From Bacilli bacterium (lineage in GTDB: Bacteria; Bacillota_I; Bacilli_A; RFN20; CAG-826): 64,000 nucleotides of DNA. Within the stretch, counting starts at the first letter, position 1. Every line of letters begins with the position of its first letter. The stretch covers positions 179,267-243,266 of the forward strand of contig JAFSOD010000004.1 in the NCBI GenBank assembly GCA_017447165.1, given 5' to 3'. Below are positions 9,666 through 18,389 of this stretch, one piece after another. A program made the position numbers and the translations under genes. The notes beneath the pieces were generated by a model. That model made no database searches, was not told the DNA's origin, and was given only the letters and a program-made list of their open reading frames with translations.

Positions 9666-12562
9666 TGCCAGAGAAATGTAAAAAACCAGAAGTCACATCA
9701 AAATATGATGGTGAAAAAGACTTTCATAAGAATTATGCGAAATTAGGTAAGAAAATTACTGATATTGTCCCACACAAATTATTTGGGGTGAAAAACACTG
9801 ACCCTGAATATTGGGGACTTAGAGAAGTATTAAATGAAGATCAAGTTAATTTCTTGCTTAAATTCAAACAAAGAAAATGGTATTTGATTGAAGACTTAAT
9901 TAAAAAGTTTAAAGGTCAATTTGAACCTGCTAGAGTGCAACAACTTTTAGATGAACTTTCTTATATTGGTTTTATTGAATATGACTATGGAGATAATTAT
10001 GCGGAAGATCATCCAATTAAAGACGCTCCAAAAATCAAAAGATATAGAATGTCTTATTTCGTCCCTGGTTCAGCTGAATTAATGAATTCCTCTATTGATA
10101 GAATTGAAAAAAATCCTGCAGTTACTAACTTCTTTGAAAGAATGACATTTGTTCCACTCGCGGGTATTACTGAAATGATTGGTCCAGGTGGTAACGGTAT
10201 TGGTATGCACACCATCCCAGTAGAAAAAGCTATTCAAGGAGAACAAAAATCTCTTCCAGTAGAACATATTTCCCACTGGTTAAATAAATATGAAGGTCAT
10301 ATCTCCGCTGGTATTTGTTCTTGTAGAGCAAGTAGAGCAAAATTAGGAGATGGATGTATCGACGATGTCGATGACTGGTGTATCCAAGTTGGTGATATGG
10401 CGGACTATACTGTTGAAACAAAACGTGCCCACTATATCACAAAAGAAAGAGCCTTAGAGATTCTTGAACTCGCTGAGAAAAACGGATTCGTTCACCAAAT
10501 TACTAATATCGACGGCAAAGACCATATCTTTGATATTTGTAACTGTGATGTTAAAATCTGTAACGCTTTAAGAACATCAATGTTATTTAACACTCCTAAC
10601 TTATCTAGAAGTGCTTATACCGCTAAAGTCACTACTACTAACTGTGTGGCGTGCGGACAATGTGTTGCTAACTGTCCTGCTGGAGCGGTTAAACTCGGAC
10701 AAAAATTATGTAAAGGCGACGGCAAAGAACAAAAATATCCAAGTCAACCATTACCAGATAAAATCCACTGGGGTAAATATGCTTGGGATGAAAATTATAG
10801 AGACACTGCTAGAGCCAGTGATACCTATCCAACAGGTACCGCTCCTTGTAAAGTGGCTTGTCCAGCTCATGTCCCAGTTCAAGGCTATTTAAAGATGGCT
10901 CATGAAGGAAGATATAGAGAATCCTTAGCATTAATTAAAACTCAAAACCCATTCCCAGCAGTCTGTGGTAGAGTCTGTAATAAACGCTGTGAAGATGAAT
11001 GTACTAGAGGAAAAATCGATCAAGCCGTCTCTATTGATGCGGTCAAAAAATTTGTCGCTGATTTAGAAATCAACTCTAAAGATAGATATATTCCTGAAAA
11101 GATTATCCCATCAGTTCACGGGGAATTTGACGAAAAAATCGCCATTATTGGAGCAGGTCCAGCAGGATTATCTGCTGCCTACTATTTAGCAATCGCAGGC
11201 TTTAGACCAACTGTCTTTGAAAAAAATGAGAAGCCAGGTGGAATGTTAAGATATGGTATTCCTTCTTATAAATTAGAAAAAGATGTAATCGATGCCGAAA
11301 TCGATGTCATCAAAGCGCTTGGTGTTGAAATCAAATGTGGAGTCGAAGTGGGTAAAGACGTCACTATCGAATCCTTAAAGAAGGAAGGCTATAAAGCATT
11401 CTATATCGCGATTGGCTGTCAAGGCGGAAGAAGACCTGGTGTTAATAATGACACCGCTAAAGGTACAGAGATTGCTGTCTCTTATTTAAGAGAAGCGCTT
11501 GATAAGCAAAAAGAATTTAAAGGCAAAGTGGTCGTCGTTGGTGGCGGTAACGTCGCTGTTGACTGTGCTAGAACTGCTCATAGATTAAAAGCAGAATCTG
11601 TTTCTATGTACTGCTTAGAAGATAGAGACCACATGCCTGCTAGTAATGATGAAATTAGAGAAACTCTTGAAGAAGATATTTCTATCAATAACTCTTGGGG
11701 ACCAAAAGAAGTTCTCGTTAACGAGAAAGGTGAAGTTAAAGGTATTGTCTTTAAGAAATGTACATCCGTTACTGATAAAGATGGTAAATTCAATCCTCAA
11801 TATGATGAAAACGACACTATTACCGTGGAAGCTGATAAGATTATCTTTGCTATCGGTCAAGCCATTGAATGGGGCGACTTATTAAAAGGCACTAAAGTTG
11901 AGTTCTGGCATGGCAATTATCCATTCGCTGATAAAGTCACATATCAAACTAACGATGATGATATCTTTGTAGGTGGCGATGTCTTCACCGGACCAAAATT
12001 TGTTATTGATGCAATCGCCGCTGGTCACGCTGTTGCTGACGCTTTAGCAAGACACGTAAGACCAAATGCTCACCCAACCATCGCCTTTAATAAGAGAGGA
12101 TTCACTCCACTTAATAAAGATGATATTACTCTTCCAGGATATGACGATGCTGGTAGACAAGAAGAAGGTATGGATGAGTCCATCGACTATAAGAATAGCT
12201 TCAAAGATGCTCATAAGACTTTAACTGAAGAGCAAGTGAAGATCGAAACTGGTAGATGCTTATCTTGTGGTGCCGCATTTGTTGATCCACATAAATGTAT
12301 CGGTTGTGGTATTTGTACCACAAAATGTGAATTTGATGCGATTCACTTAGTAAGAGACCATCCAAAAGCTTCTACTATGAGATTCGCCGAAGATAAAGTT
12401 ACTGGCTTACTTAAATATGCTGTACCAAGATGGTTCAAGATTATGTTTAACGCTGGTAGCAAAGAAGCCAGAATGATGAGAAAGAAACGTAAAGCATGGA
12501 AGAAACACTACAAAGTAGCAAAGAAGACCATGCCAGATACAGGTAACGCCGTCGATGCATGA
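9665..12562 (+). CDS. multidomain Fe-S flavoprotein oxidoreductase (YgfK-like), embedded in the hyp operon
   Basis: 965 aa. A Cys-rich N-terminal domain of about 330 aa is followed by 2x[4Fe-4S] (CVACGQCVANCP) and a GltD-like FAD/NAD(P) domain (AIIGAGPAGLSAAYYL, VVVVGGGNVAVDCA). A C-terminal 2x[4Fe-4S] ferredoxin (CLSCGAAF...CIGCGICTTKC) follows. The start overlaps the hypB stop and the stop overlaps the hypA start. Confidence 0.7.
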   Translation: MPEKCKKPEVTSKYDGEKDFHKNYAKLGKKITDIVPHKLFGVKNTDPEYWGLREVLNEDQVNFLLKFKQRKWYLIEDLIKKFKGQFEPARVQQLLDELSYIGFIEYDYGDNYAEDHPIKDAPKIKRYRMSYFVPGSAELMNSSIDRIEKNPAVTNFFERMTFVPLAGITEMIGPGGNGIGMHTIPVEKAIQGEQKSLPVEHISHWLNKYEGHISAGICSCRASRAKLGDGCIDDVDDWCIQVGDMADYTVETKRAHYITKERALEILELAEKNGFVHQITNIDGKDHIFDICNCDVKICNALRTSMLFNTPNLSRSAYTAKVTTTNCVACGQCVANCPAGAVKLGQKLCKGDGKEQKYPSQPLPDKIHWGKYAWDENYRDTARASDTYPTGTAPCKVACPAHVPVQGYLKMAHEGRYRESLALIKTQNPFPAVCGRVCNKRCEDECTRGKIDQAVSIDAVKKFVADLEINSKDRYIPEKIIPSVHGEFDEKIAIIGAGPAGLSAAYYLAIAGFRPTVFEKNEKPGGMLRYGIPSYKLEKDVIDAEIDVIKALGVEIKCGVEVGKDVTIESLKKEGYKAFYIAIGCQGGRRPGVNNDTAKGTEIAVSYLREALDKQKEFKGKVVVVGGGNVAVDCARTAHRLKAESVSMYCLEDRDHMPASNDEIRETLEEDISINNSWGPKEVLVNEKGEVKGIVFKKCTSVTDKDGKFNPQYDENDTITVEADKIIFAIGQAIEWGDLLKGTKVEFWHGNYPFADKVTYQTNDDDIFVGGDVFTGPKFVIDAIAAGHAVADALARHVRPNAHPTIAFNKRGFTPLNKDDITLPGYDDAGRQEEGMDESIDYKNSFKDAHKTLTEEQVKIETGRCLSCGAAFVDPHKCIGCGICTTKCEFDAIHLVRDHPKASTMRFAEDKVTGLLKYAVPRWFKIMFNAGSKEARMMRKKRKAWKKHYKVAKKTMPDTGNAVDA

Positions 12563-12899
12563 GTTAGGTATCGTCGTTCACGTTATTAATCAAATCGAAA
12601 AAATTGCCGAAGAAAATAAAGTTAATAAAGTCGTTGAACTCACTTTAGAAGTGGGCGAAGTTTCTGGGGTAGTTAAAGAATATTTTGTTGATGCATTCAA
12701 CTGGTCAATTAAAAAGACCAAGTATATGAAGGAATGTAAACTAAATTTTGTCACTATCAAAGGAATTACTTACTGCGAAAGTTGCGGTAAGACCTACTCC
12801 ACGACTGAGTATGGCAAAGAATGTCCATATTGTCACTCTGGTAAGACCTATCTAGTTACTGGAAAAGAAGTTTCAATTAAGGATATTAAAGTTATCTAA
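12555..12899 (+). CDS. hypA: hydrogenase/urease nickel-incorporation protein HypA
   Basis: MHELGIV start and Zn site CESCG...CPYCHSG. Confidence 0.85.
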   Translation: MHELGIVVHVINQIEKIAEENKVNKVVELTLEVGEVSGVVKEYFVDAFNWSIKKTKYMKECKLNFVTIKGITYCESCGKTYSTTEYGKECPYCHSGKTYLVTGKEVSIKDIKVI

Positions 12900-12905
12900 A
12901 TAAAC

Positions 12906-12934
12906 AAAAAGACGCAGGCTCCCGCGTCTTTTTC
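12906..12934. terminator. bidirectional terminator
   Basis: AAAAAGACGCaggctccCGCGTCTTTTT lies between convergent genes. Confidence 0.7.
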
Positions 12935-12951
12935 ATATATTTCAGCGCTTA

Positions 12952-13512
12952 TTATTCTGCTTTTTTATTGGTTGCTTTTATGCCATAAACAATAGCAGCA
13001 ACCCCAACCGTAATCGCTAATGCCCCCATCGTGATATAGACGATTTGTTTGAGAGTTGCGTGTCCTTCATAAACAAATGCTAAGATGCTTAAAGTAATAC
13101 CAACTGTTGCTAATAAGAAGTATAAGAAAATCCAACTCCTTTTATACTTAAATCTAATTCCAATAAAGGCCTTAGCTAAGAAGACAACACTAATAGCAAT
13201 CACGAATGCAGCAGAGAAGTAAATAAAGAAATCTCCAAGCATAAGTGGATATACAACAAAGACAACTCCTAGAGCGATAGCGATACATCCTAAAACTAGA
13301 GCTCCTCTAAAGAAGGACTTTGTATCTTTGATTAAATTAGCAATGATATGTAATAAGCCAATGATAAATAATCCACCAGCAATACAGTAACTCACAACCT
13401 TAATTGCAGAGCCCAAATCTACAATGCTTAAAATTAAATCAACTAAGCCAATCGCAAAAAGGATTATGCCATAGACTAGAATCATCCATTTTTGTTCTTT
13501 AAATGTTTTCAT
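12952..13512 (-). CDS. integral membrane protein (HdeD/DUF308-like)
   Basis: 186 aa with six hydrophobic helices. Confidence 0.5.
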   Translation of the reverse strand: MKTFKEQKWMILVYGIILFAIGLVDLILSIVDLGSAIKVVSYCIAGGLFIIGLLHIIANLIKDTKSFFRGALVLGCIAIALGVVFVVYPLMLGDFFIYFSAAFVIAISVVFLAKAFIGIRFKYKRSWIFLYFLLATVGITLSILAFVYEGHATLKQIVYITMGALAITVGVAAIVYGIKATNKKAE

Positions 13513-13602
13513 AATTTTTTCTCTCTTTTTCTTACCTTATTATTTTTTCTTTTTTTAAAAAGATTTACAATAAGAAAGATAACAACGAGGTAATTAAATA
13601 TC

Positions 13603-14826
13603 ATGGAATTAGAAAGATTAAAAGAATATGCTTCATTATTAGCCTTAAGAGGTCTTAATGTTCAAAAAGGAGAAGAAGTTTGGGTTAACTGTCAAACTCA
13701 CCAAATGGAATTTGTCCGTTTAGTGGTTGAAGAATTATATAAAGCAGGTGCAAAAAAAGTTAGAGTCAGATTATCTGATGATGAGATAACAAAAATCGGA
13801 TATAGGTACGCAAGTGCTGCTGTTTTAAGTAAAGTACCTAATTACACTATCGCTGAATATAAATATATGGTGAAACATAACCCAAGTATGTTACACATCA
13901 TTTCTAAAGATCCAGATGCATTTAAAGAAATCTCTCAGGCCAAGTTAAGCAAAGTAATGTTTTCTTTTAGAAAAAAGGTCAAACCATATAGAGATTTAAT
14001 GGACGGCAAATACAAATGGTGTATCGCTGCGGTTCCTTCAAAAGCTTGGGCAGAAAAAGTCTTCCCTAAATTAAAAGGTGAAGAAGCAATTGAAGCATTA
14101 TGGGAATCTATTCTTTCTTGTTCTAGAGTTGATGGACATGCAGTTAAAAACTGGGATGACCATAATGCTGAACTCATGAAACATAGAAAACAACTTGCGG
14201 CATTAGACCTTCAATATTTAGAATATAAAGCCTCTAACGGCACTAACTTCAAAGTCGAGCTTATGAAAGATGTCCTTTGGGGTGGCGGAGTTGAGTTTAC
14301 AGATAAAGGTTTATCTTATAATCCTAATATCCCAAGTGAAGAGGTTTTCACTTCTCCTAAAGCCGGCTCTATCGAAGGTATCGTCTATGCATCTAAACCA
14401 TTAAGCTATAATGGTCAAATAATTGATGAATTCTGGCTCAAGTTTGAAAATGGAAGAGTCAGTCAAGTAGGCGCAAAAAAGAATCAAAAATTATTAGAGC
14501 ATATGGTCGCAACTGACGAAGGTGCGCGTATGTTAGGCGAAGTAGCTTTAGTCCCTTATGACTCACCGATTCAAAATTCAAAAATCTTGTTCTACGAGAC
14601 TTTATTTGATGAGAATGCCGCCTGCCACTTAGCGTTAGGGCATGGCTTTAAAGAACTCTTCCCAGAAGGAGCGTCTATCTCAAACGAAGAAGCCAGAAGA
14701 AGAGGATTAAATGACTCAATGATTCACGTTGATTTTATGATTGGTACCTCTGATTTAGAGATTATTGGTACCTCCTTTAACGGTAAGAAAACAACTATCT
14801 TTAAAAATGGAAACTGGGCAATTTAG
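13603..14826 (+). CDS. aminopeptidase, M29 (AmpS/PepS) family
   Basis: 407 aa with the typical M29 N-terminus MELERLKEYASLLALRGLNVQKGEEVWV. Confidence 0.8.
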   Translation: MELERLKEYASLLALRGLNVQKGEEVWVNCQTHQMEFVRLVVEELYKAGAKKVRVRLSDDEITKIGYRYASAAVLSKVPNYTIAEYKYMVKHNPSMLHIISKDPDAFKEISQAKLSKVMFSFRKKVKPYRDLMDGKYKWCIAAVPSKAWAEKVFPKLKGEEAIEALWESILSCSRVDGHAVKNWDDHNAELMKHRKQLAALDLQYLEYKASNGTNFKVELMKDVLWGGGVEFTDKGLSYNPNIPSEEVFTSPKAGSIEGIVYASKPLSYNGQIIDEFWLKFENGRVSQVGAKKNQKLLEHMVATDEGARMLGEVALVPYDSPIQNSKILFYETLFDENAACHLALGHGFKELFPEGASISNEEARRRGLNDSMIHVDFMIGTSDLEIIGTSFNGKKTTIFKNGNWAI

Positions 14827-14838
14827 GGGGTTTTTGAC

Positions 14839-16038
14839 ATGGAATATGCTTTATTAGCGGTATTAATTGTAGTTTTTATCGGTTTGGTTATCTTAACCAT
14901 TTTCGTGATTAAACTTTCAAAAAAACCAAACAAAGTTGATGGGACAATTTCTGAAAAAGAATTAGGAATGTTGTCACAGCAAATTAAGTCTCTTGAAGAA
15001 GTTTTGAAGAAAGATATTGAAATCTCATTAGCGAAAGAAATGCTTCAAGTCAACGAGGCTAATAACCAAAAGTTAGAAAGATTCCAATCTAACATCATTG
15101 AACAAATGACTAATAGATTCGAAGCCATCAATCTTCAACTTGGTGAGAAAATGAAAGAGATTAATCAAAAGGTTGAAGACAAACTTAAAGAAGGGTTCCA
15201 GGGAACAAGCGAGACTATGGCTCAAGTTAGAGAAAGGCTTAAGGTCATTGATGAAGCTCAAAAGAATATGGAATCTCTATCGAAAGATGTTGTTTCATTA
15301 AGAAGCATTATGGAAGGCAACCAAACTAGAGGAGCATATGGAGAATATCAACTTAATATGGTTCTTCATAACGTTTTTGGAGACACAGTAGGATGCTACC
15401 AAGAACAATACACTATTAAAAAGGTAAAAGATGGTGATGATGTCCGTGCGGATGCAGTCGTTTTTATGCCTGAGCCAAACAAAATGATTTGTATTGATTC
15501 AAAATTCCCATTCCAAGATTATGAAAGACTAATGAAAGAGGATAATGAATCAGCAAAAGAAGAATATAAGAAACAATTTGCTGCAGCAGTTAAAAAACAT
15601 ATCACTGTTATTAAAGACAAATATATTATTGATGGTAAAACTGCTCCAGAAGCATTGATGTTTATTCCAAACGATGGAGTATTTGCCTATATTCATCAAG
15701 AATTATTAGATGTAGTTGATTATGCTAGAGAAAAGCGAGTAATTCTTACTTCTCCAAGTACTCTTCCAGCAATACTAGTAACCATTAATATGGTTAGAAT
15801 AGAAGCAGAAAGAGCGAAGAACGTTAAAGAAATATCTAAACAATTAGATTTCTTAGGTAGACAATTTGCGATGTTCTCTAAAGAATGGGATACATTCTCG
15901 AAACAACTTGAAACCGCTTCTAGATCAAGAGAAAAACTTGATACTAGAGTAAATCGTATTACAACAAAGTTTGATGCGATATCAACTAATAGCGACGTTG
16001 AAATTGAAGCTATAGAAGAAAACAAGGCTGATGATTAA
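14839..16038 (+). CDS. rmuC: DNA recombination protein RmuC
   Basis: N-terminal TM helix, long coiled-coil and C-terminal RmuC nuclease-like domain. Confidence 0.75.
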   Translation: MEYALLAVLIVVFIGLVILTIFVIKLSKKPNKVDGTISEKELGMLSQQIKSLEEVLKKDIEISLAKEMLQVNEANNQKLERFQSNIIEQMTNRFEAINLQLGEKMKEINQKVEDKLKEGFQGTSETMAQVRERLKVIDEAQKNMESLSKDVVSLRSIMEGNQTRGAYGEYQLNMVLHNVFGDTVGCYQEQYTIKKVKDGDDVRADAVVFMPEPNKMICIDSKFPFQDYERLMKEDNESAKEEYKKQFAAAVKKHITVIKDKYIIDGKTAPEALMFIPNDGVFAYIHQELLDVVDYAREKRVILTSPSTLPAILVTINMVRIEAERAKNVKEISKQLDFLGRQFAMFSKEWDTFSKQLETASRSREKLDTRVNRITTKFDAISTNSDVEIEAIEENKADD

Positions 16039-16223
16039 TCAACCTTTTTCTTATCTTCTTTTTTATCTTTGGCCTTAAATATCAGCCATCTTCTTTTCAT
16101 TTCTTTTTCGTTTTTTTCAGCAACTACTTTGCCAGTCACTAATACAGTAATAATAATCCCGATTATAATCAGAAGCACAATACCTGCAGTTGCGCTTAAA
16201 AAGACAATTAATCTAGTTTGCAT
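16035..16223 (-). CDS. small membrane protein
   Basis: 62 aa with a single TM helix and lysine-rich tail. Confidence 0.3.
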   Translation of the reverse strand: MQTRLIVFLSATAGIVLLIIIGIIITVLVTGKVVAEKNEKEMKRRWLIFKAKDKKEDKKKVD

Positions 16224-16226
16224 ATT

Positions 16227-17657
16227 TTATCTTTTGAGTTTTTCCAATGAGTCAACAATAGTCTGACTCTTAGCTTCCATGCCGTACTTATCAACATCAG
16301 CCTTATTTCTCACTTCGTGAGTTAGTGAACATGGTCCGCCAATGCAGCCGCCAGGACAAGCCATTCCTTCAATAAAGTTATAGTCTTTATTGCCTGCTTT
16401 TACCTTTAATAACGCTAAACGAATATTTTCTAAGCCATCAACTGGTAATGGCCTATAATCGAATTCTAATTCTCTTTCTTTGATAGCTTCTCTAACCGCA
16501 TCAGTAATACCTCTACTTCTTGCGAAGATTCTACCGAAATAAGAGGCATTATCAAATGGTGATTCCTCTAATTTAGAGGCATCTATTTCTCTAGCGTCAA
16601 TAAGAGCCTGCAACTCTTCAAAAGTTAAAGTAACATCAACGTAAGGTTTAACAGACTCTAATTTGATTTCATGTTTTTTAGAAATACATGGTCCTATAAA
16701 CATTATTTTCGCAGTTGGATAATGTTCTTTAATCCATTTGGCGATGCTCGCCATCGGAGACAAATTAGAAGATATGTGTTCTACTAATGTAGGAAAATTC
16801 TTTTTGATATAGGTAACAAATGTTGGGCAGCAACTAGAAGTCAAAAATCTTTTTTCAACTAATTCTTTAGCCTCGTTATATGCGACCATATCCGCACCTA
16901 AAGCCGCTTCCACTATTTCTGAGAATCCTAATTCGTGCATTGCTGAGGCGATTTGGCCTAAGGTTGCATATTTAAACTGAGTAGATATTGTTGGAGCAAC
17001 AATAGCGACAGTTGGATATTTTTTACCAAAATCACTATCCTTTAGGATATCGATAGCTTCTTTAATATAAGATTTATCCATGATAGCGCCAAATGGACAT
17101 TGATAAACACAAGCTCCACATTGGACACACTTCTCATCATCGATTTGGGCAGCATTATCTTCGCCCATGCTTATAGCATGAACTTTACATGCTTGTTCAC
17201 ATGGTCTTTGATAGTTTTGAATTGCCCCATATTGGCATGCTTTAGCGCACATTCCACAGTTGATACATTTCTCTTTATTAATACGCGCCGCGTGGGTAAT
17301 ATCATCAAAACTAATCGCATCTTTATGACATGCCATCTGGCATCTATGAGCGATACAACCTCTACACCTATTAGTGACTTCATATCCACCTAAAGGACAT
17401 TCATCACATGCCACTTTAATAACTTCAACAATGTTATTTATATCTTTAGATCCACCTAAGGCTAATTTCATTCTTTCTAAAACGATTGCTCTCTCTTTAT
17501 AGATACAGCAACGCATTGTTGGCTTTGGACCAGGAACAATCTTATTAGGAATAGAATTATAATCTTCTAAAAGGGTGCCATTAAAATAAGATTTCGCAAT
17601 CTCTTTAAGCACCTTATATTTAAGTTCTTGTACTTTGGTATCAAATACAGCGGACAT
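16227..17657 (-). CDS. [FeFe]-hydrogenase family protein (ferredoxin-like domains plus H-cluster domain, non-canonical motifs)
   Basis: Several CxxCxxCxxxCP ferredoxin motifs. H-cluster-like L1 TSSCCPTF, L2 GPCISKKHE, L3 EGMACPGGCIGGPC. Confidence 0.65.
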   Translation of the reverse strand: MSAVFDTKVQELKYKVLKEIAKSYFNGTLLEDYNSIPNKIVPGPKPTMRCCIYKERAIVLERMKLALGGSKDINNIVEVIKVACDECPLGGYEVTNRCRGCIAHRCQMACHKDAISFDDITHAARINKEKCINCGMCAKACQYGAIQNYQRPCEQACKVHAISMGEDNAAQIDDEKCVQCGACVYQCPFGAIMDKSYIKEAIDILKDSDFGKKYPTVAIVAPTISTQFKYATLGQIASAMHELGFSEIVEAALGADMVAYNEAKELVEKRFLTSSCCPTFVTYIKKNFPTLVEHISSNLSPMASIAKWIKEHYPTAKIMFIGPCISKKHEIKLESVKPYVDVTLTFEELQALIDAREIDASKLEESPFDNASYFGRIFARSRGITDAVREAIKERELEFDYRPLPVDGLENIRLALLKVKAGNKDYNFIEGMACPGGCIGGPCSLTHEVRNKADVDKYGMEAKSQTIVDSLEKLKR

Positions 17658-17736
17658 AACTTCAATAGTATTCTATCTATATTTATAGATAATAGCAATA
17701 AAAGAAAAGACCTTTCGGTCTAATCAATATTTTTAA

Positions 17737-17976
17737 TTAGTCTTCTTTAAACCAGAAGATGCGGCTATAGAGGATAATCCAGATAAGATCAAGGACCCAA
17801 CCAACTGTACCAGCGGCGATCACCCAGATGATGCCAAGAACCATATGGAGCCAGTTTTGTTTACTAGCGGCTCTTCCGATTCTATAGACTGCCCAAGTGA
17901 TATCAAGGATCCAGATACATAAAATAATTTTGACTAATCTAGAATGACCATCCATCCATTTAATGTAATTTGCCAT
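17737..17976 (-). CDS. small membrane protein
   Basis: 79 aa with two TM helices, followed by terminator AGACCtttcGGTCT. Confidence 0.4.
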   Translation of the reverse strand: MANYIKWMDGHSRLVKIILCIWILDITWAVYRIGRAASKQNWLHMVLGIIWVIAAGTVGWVLDLIWIILYSRIFWFKED

Positions 17977-18059
17977 ATTTGTCTCCTTTTATATTTGACG
18001 ATTTTAATATAGTCCACTTTTAGGGAAAATCAATAAAAAAATCGGCCGATCCGATTTTT

Positions 18060-18296
18060 TTATGCAGCGTAGATAATTTTAATTATCACCGCAATAAGGA
18101 AGAAGATGGAGGCGATGATAAGGGTAAGAATTGAGATAACTTTTTCAGCTCCTCTTTCTTTGGTCTTAACAAAGACGTTAAGTCCACCACCGGTAATCGC
18201 TCCAGAAGCACCTTCAGATTTACCACCTTGAAGCAAGCATAAAACAATGATGATTACACTAGTAGCCATTAATACCCAGTCATACCAAGCAAGCAT
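18060..18296 (-). CDS. secG: preprotein translocase subunit SecG
   Basis: 78 aa, two TM helices, GGKSEGASGAITGGG motif. Confidence 0.85.
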   Translation of the reverse strand: MLAWYDWVLMATSVIIIVLCLLQGGKSEGASGAITGGGLNVFVKTKERGAEKVISILTLIIASIFFLIAVIIKIIYAA

Positions 18297-18389
18297 ATTG
18301 TTTTTCTCCTTCTGCGTTTTTTTGCGCTGTTATATTTTAAGTAAAATAAATAAATTTATCAATTATTATTTTAGACTATATCAAATGGT

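Noticed and set aside
9665-12562. Calling the 965-aa protein glutamate synthase small subunit or selenate reductase
   Set aside because: Only the central GltD-like domain supports that. The N-terminal 330 aa and the hyp context do not fit GltD. YgfK-like is an architectural analogy, not an established function.
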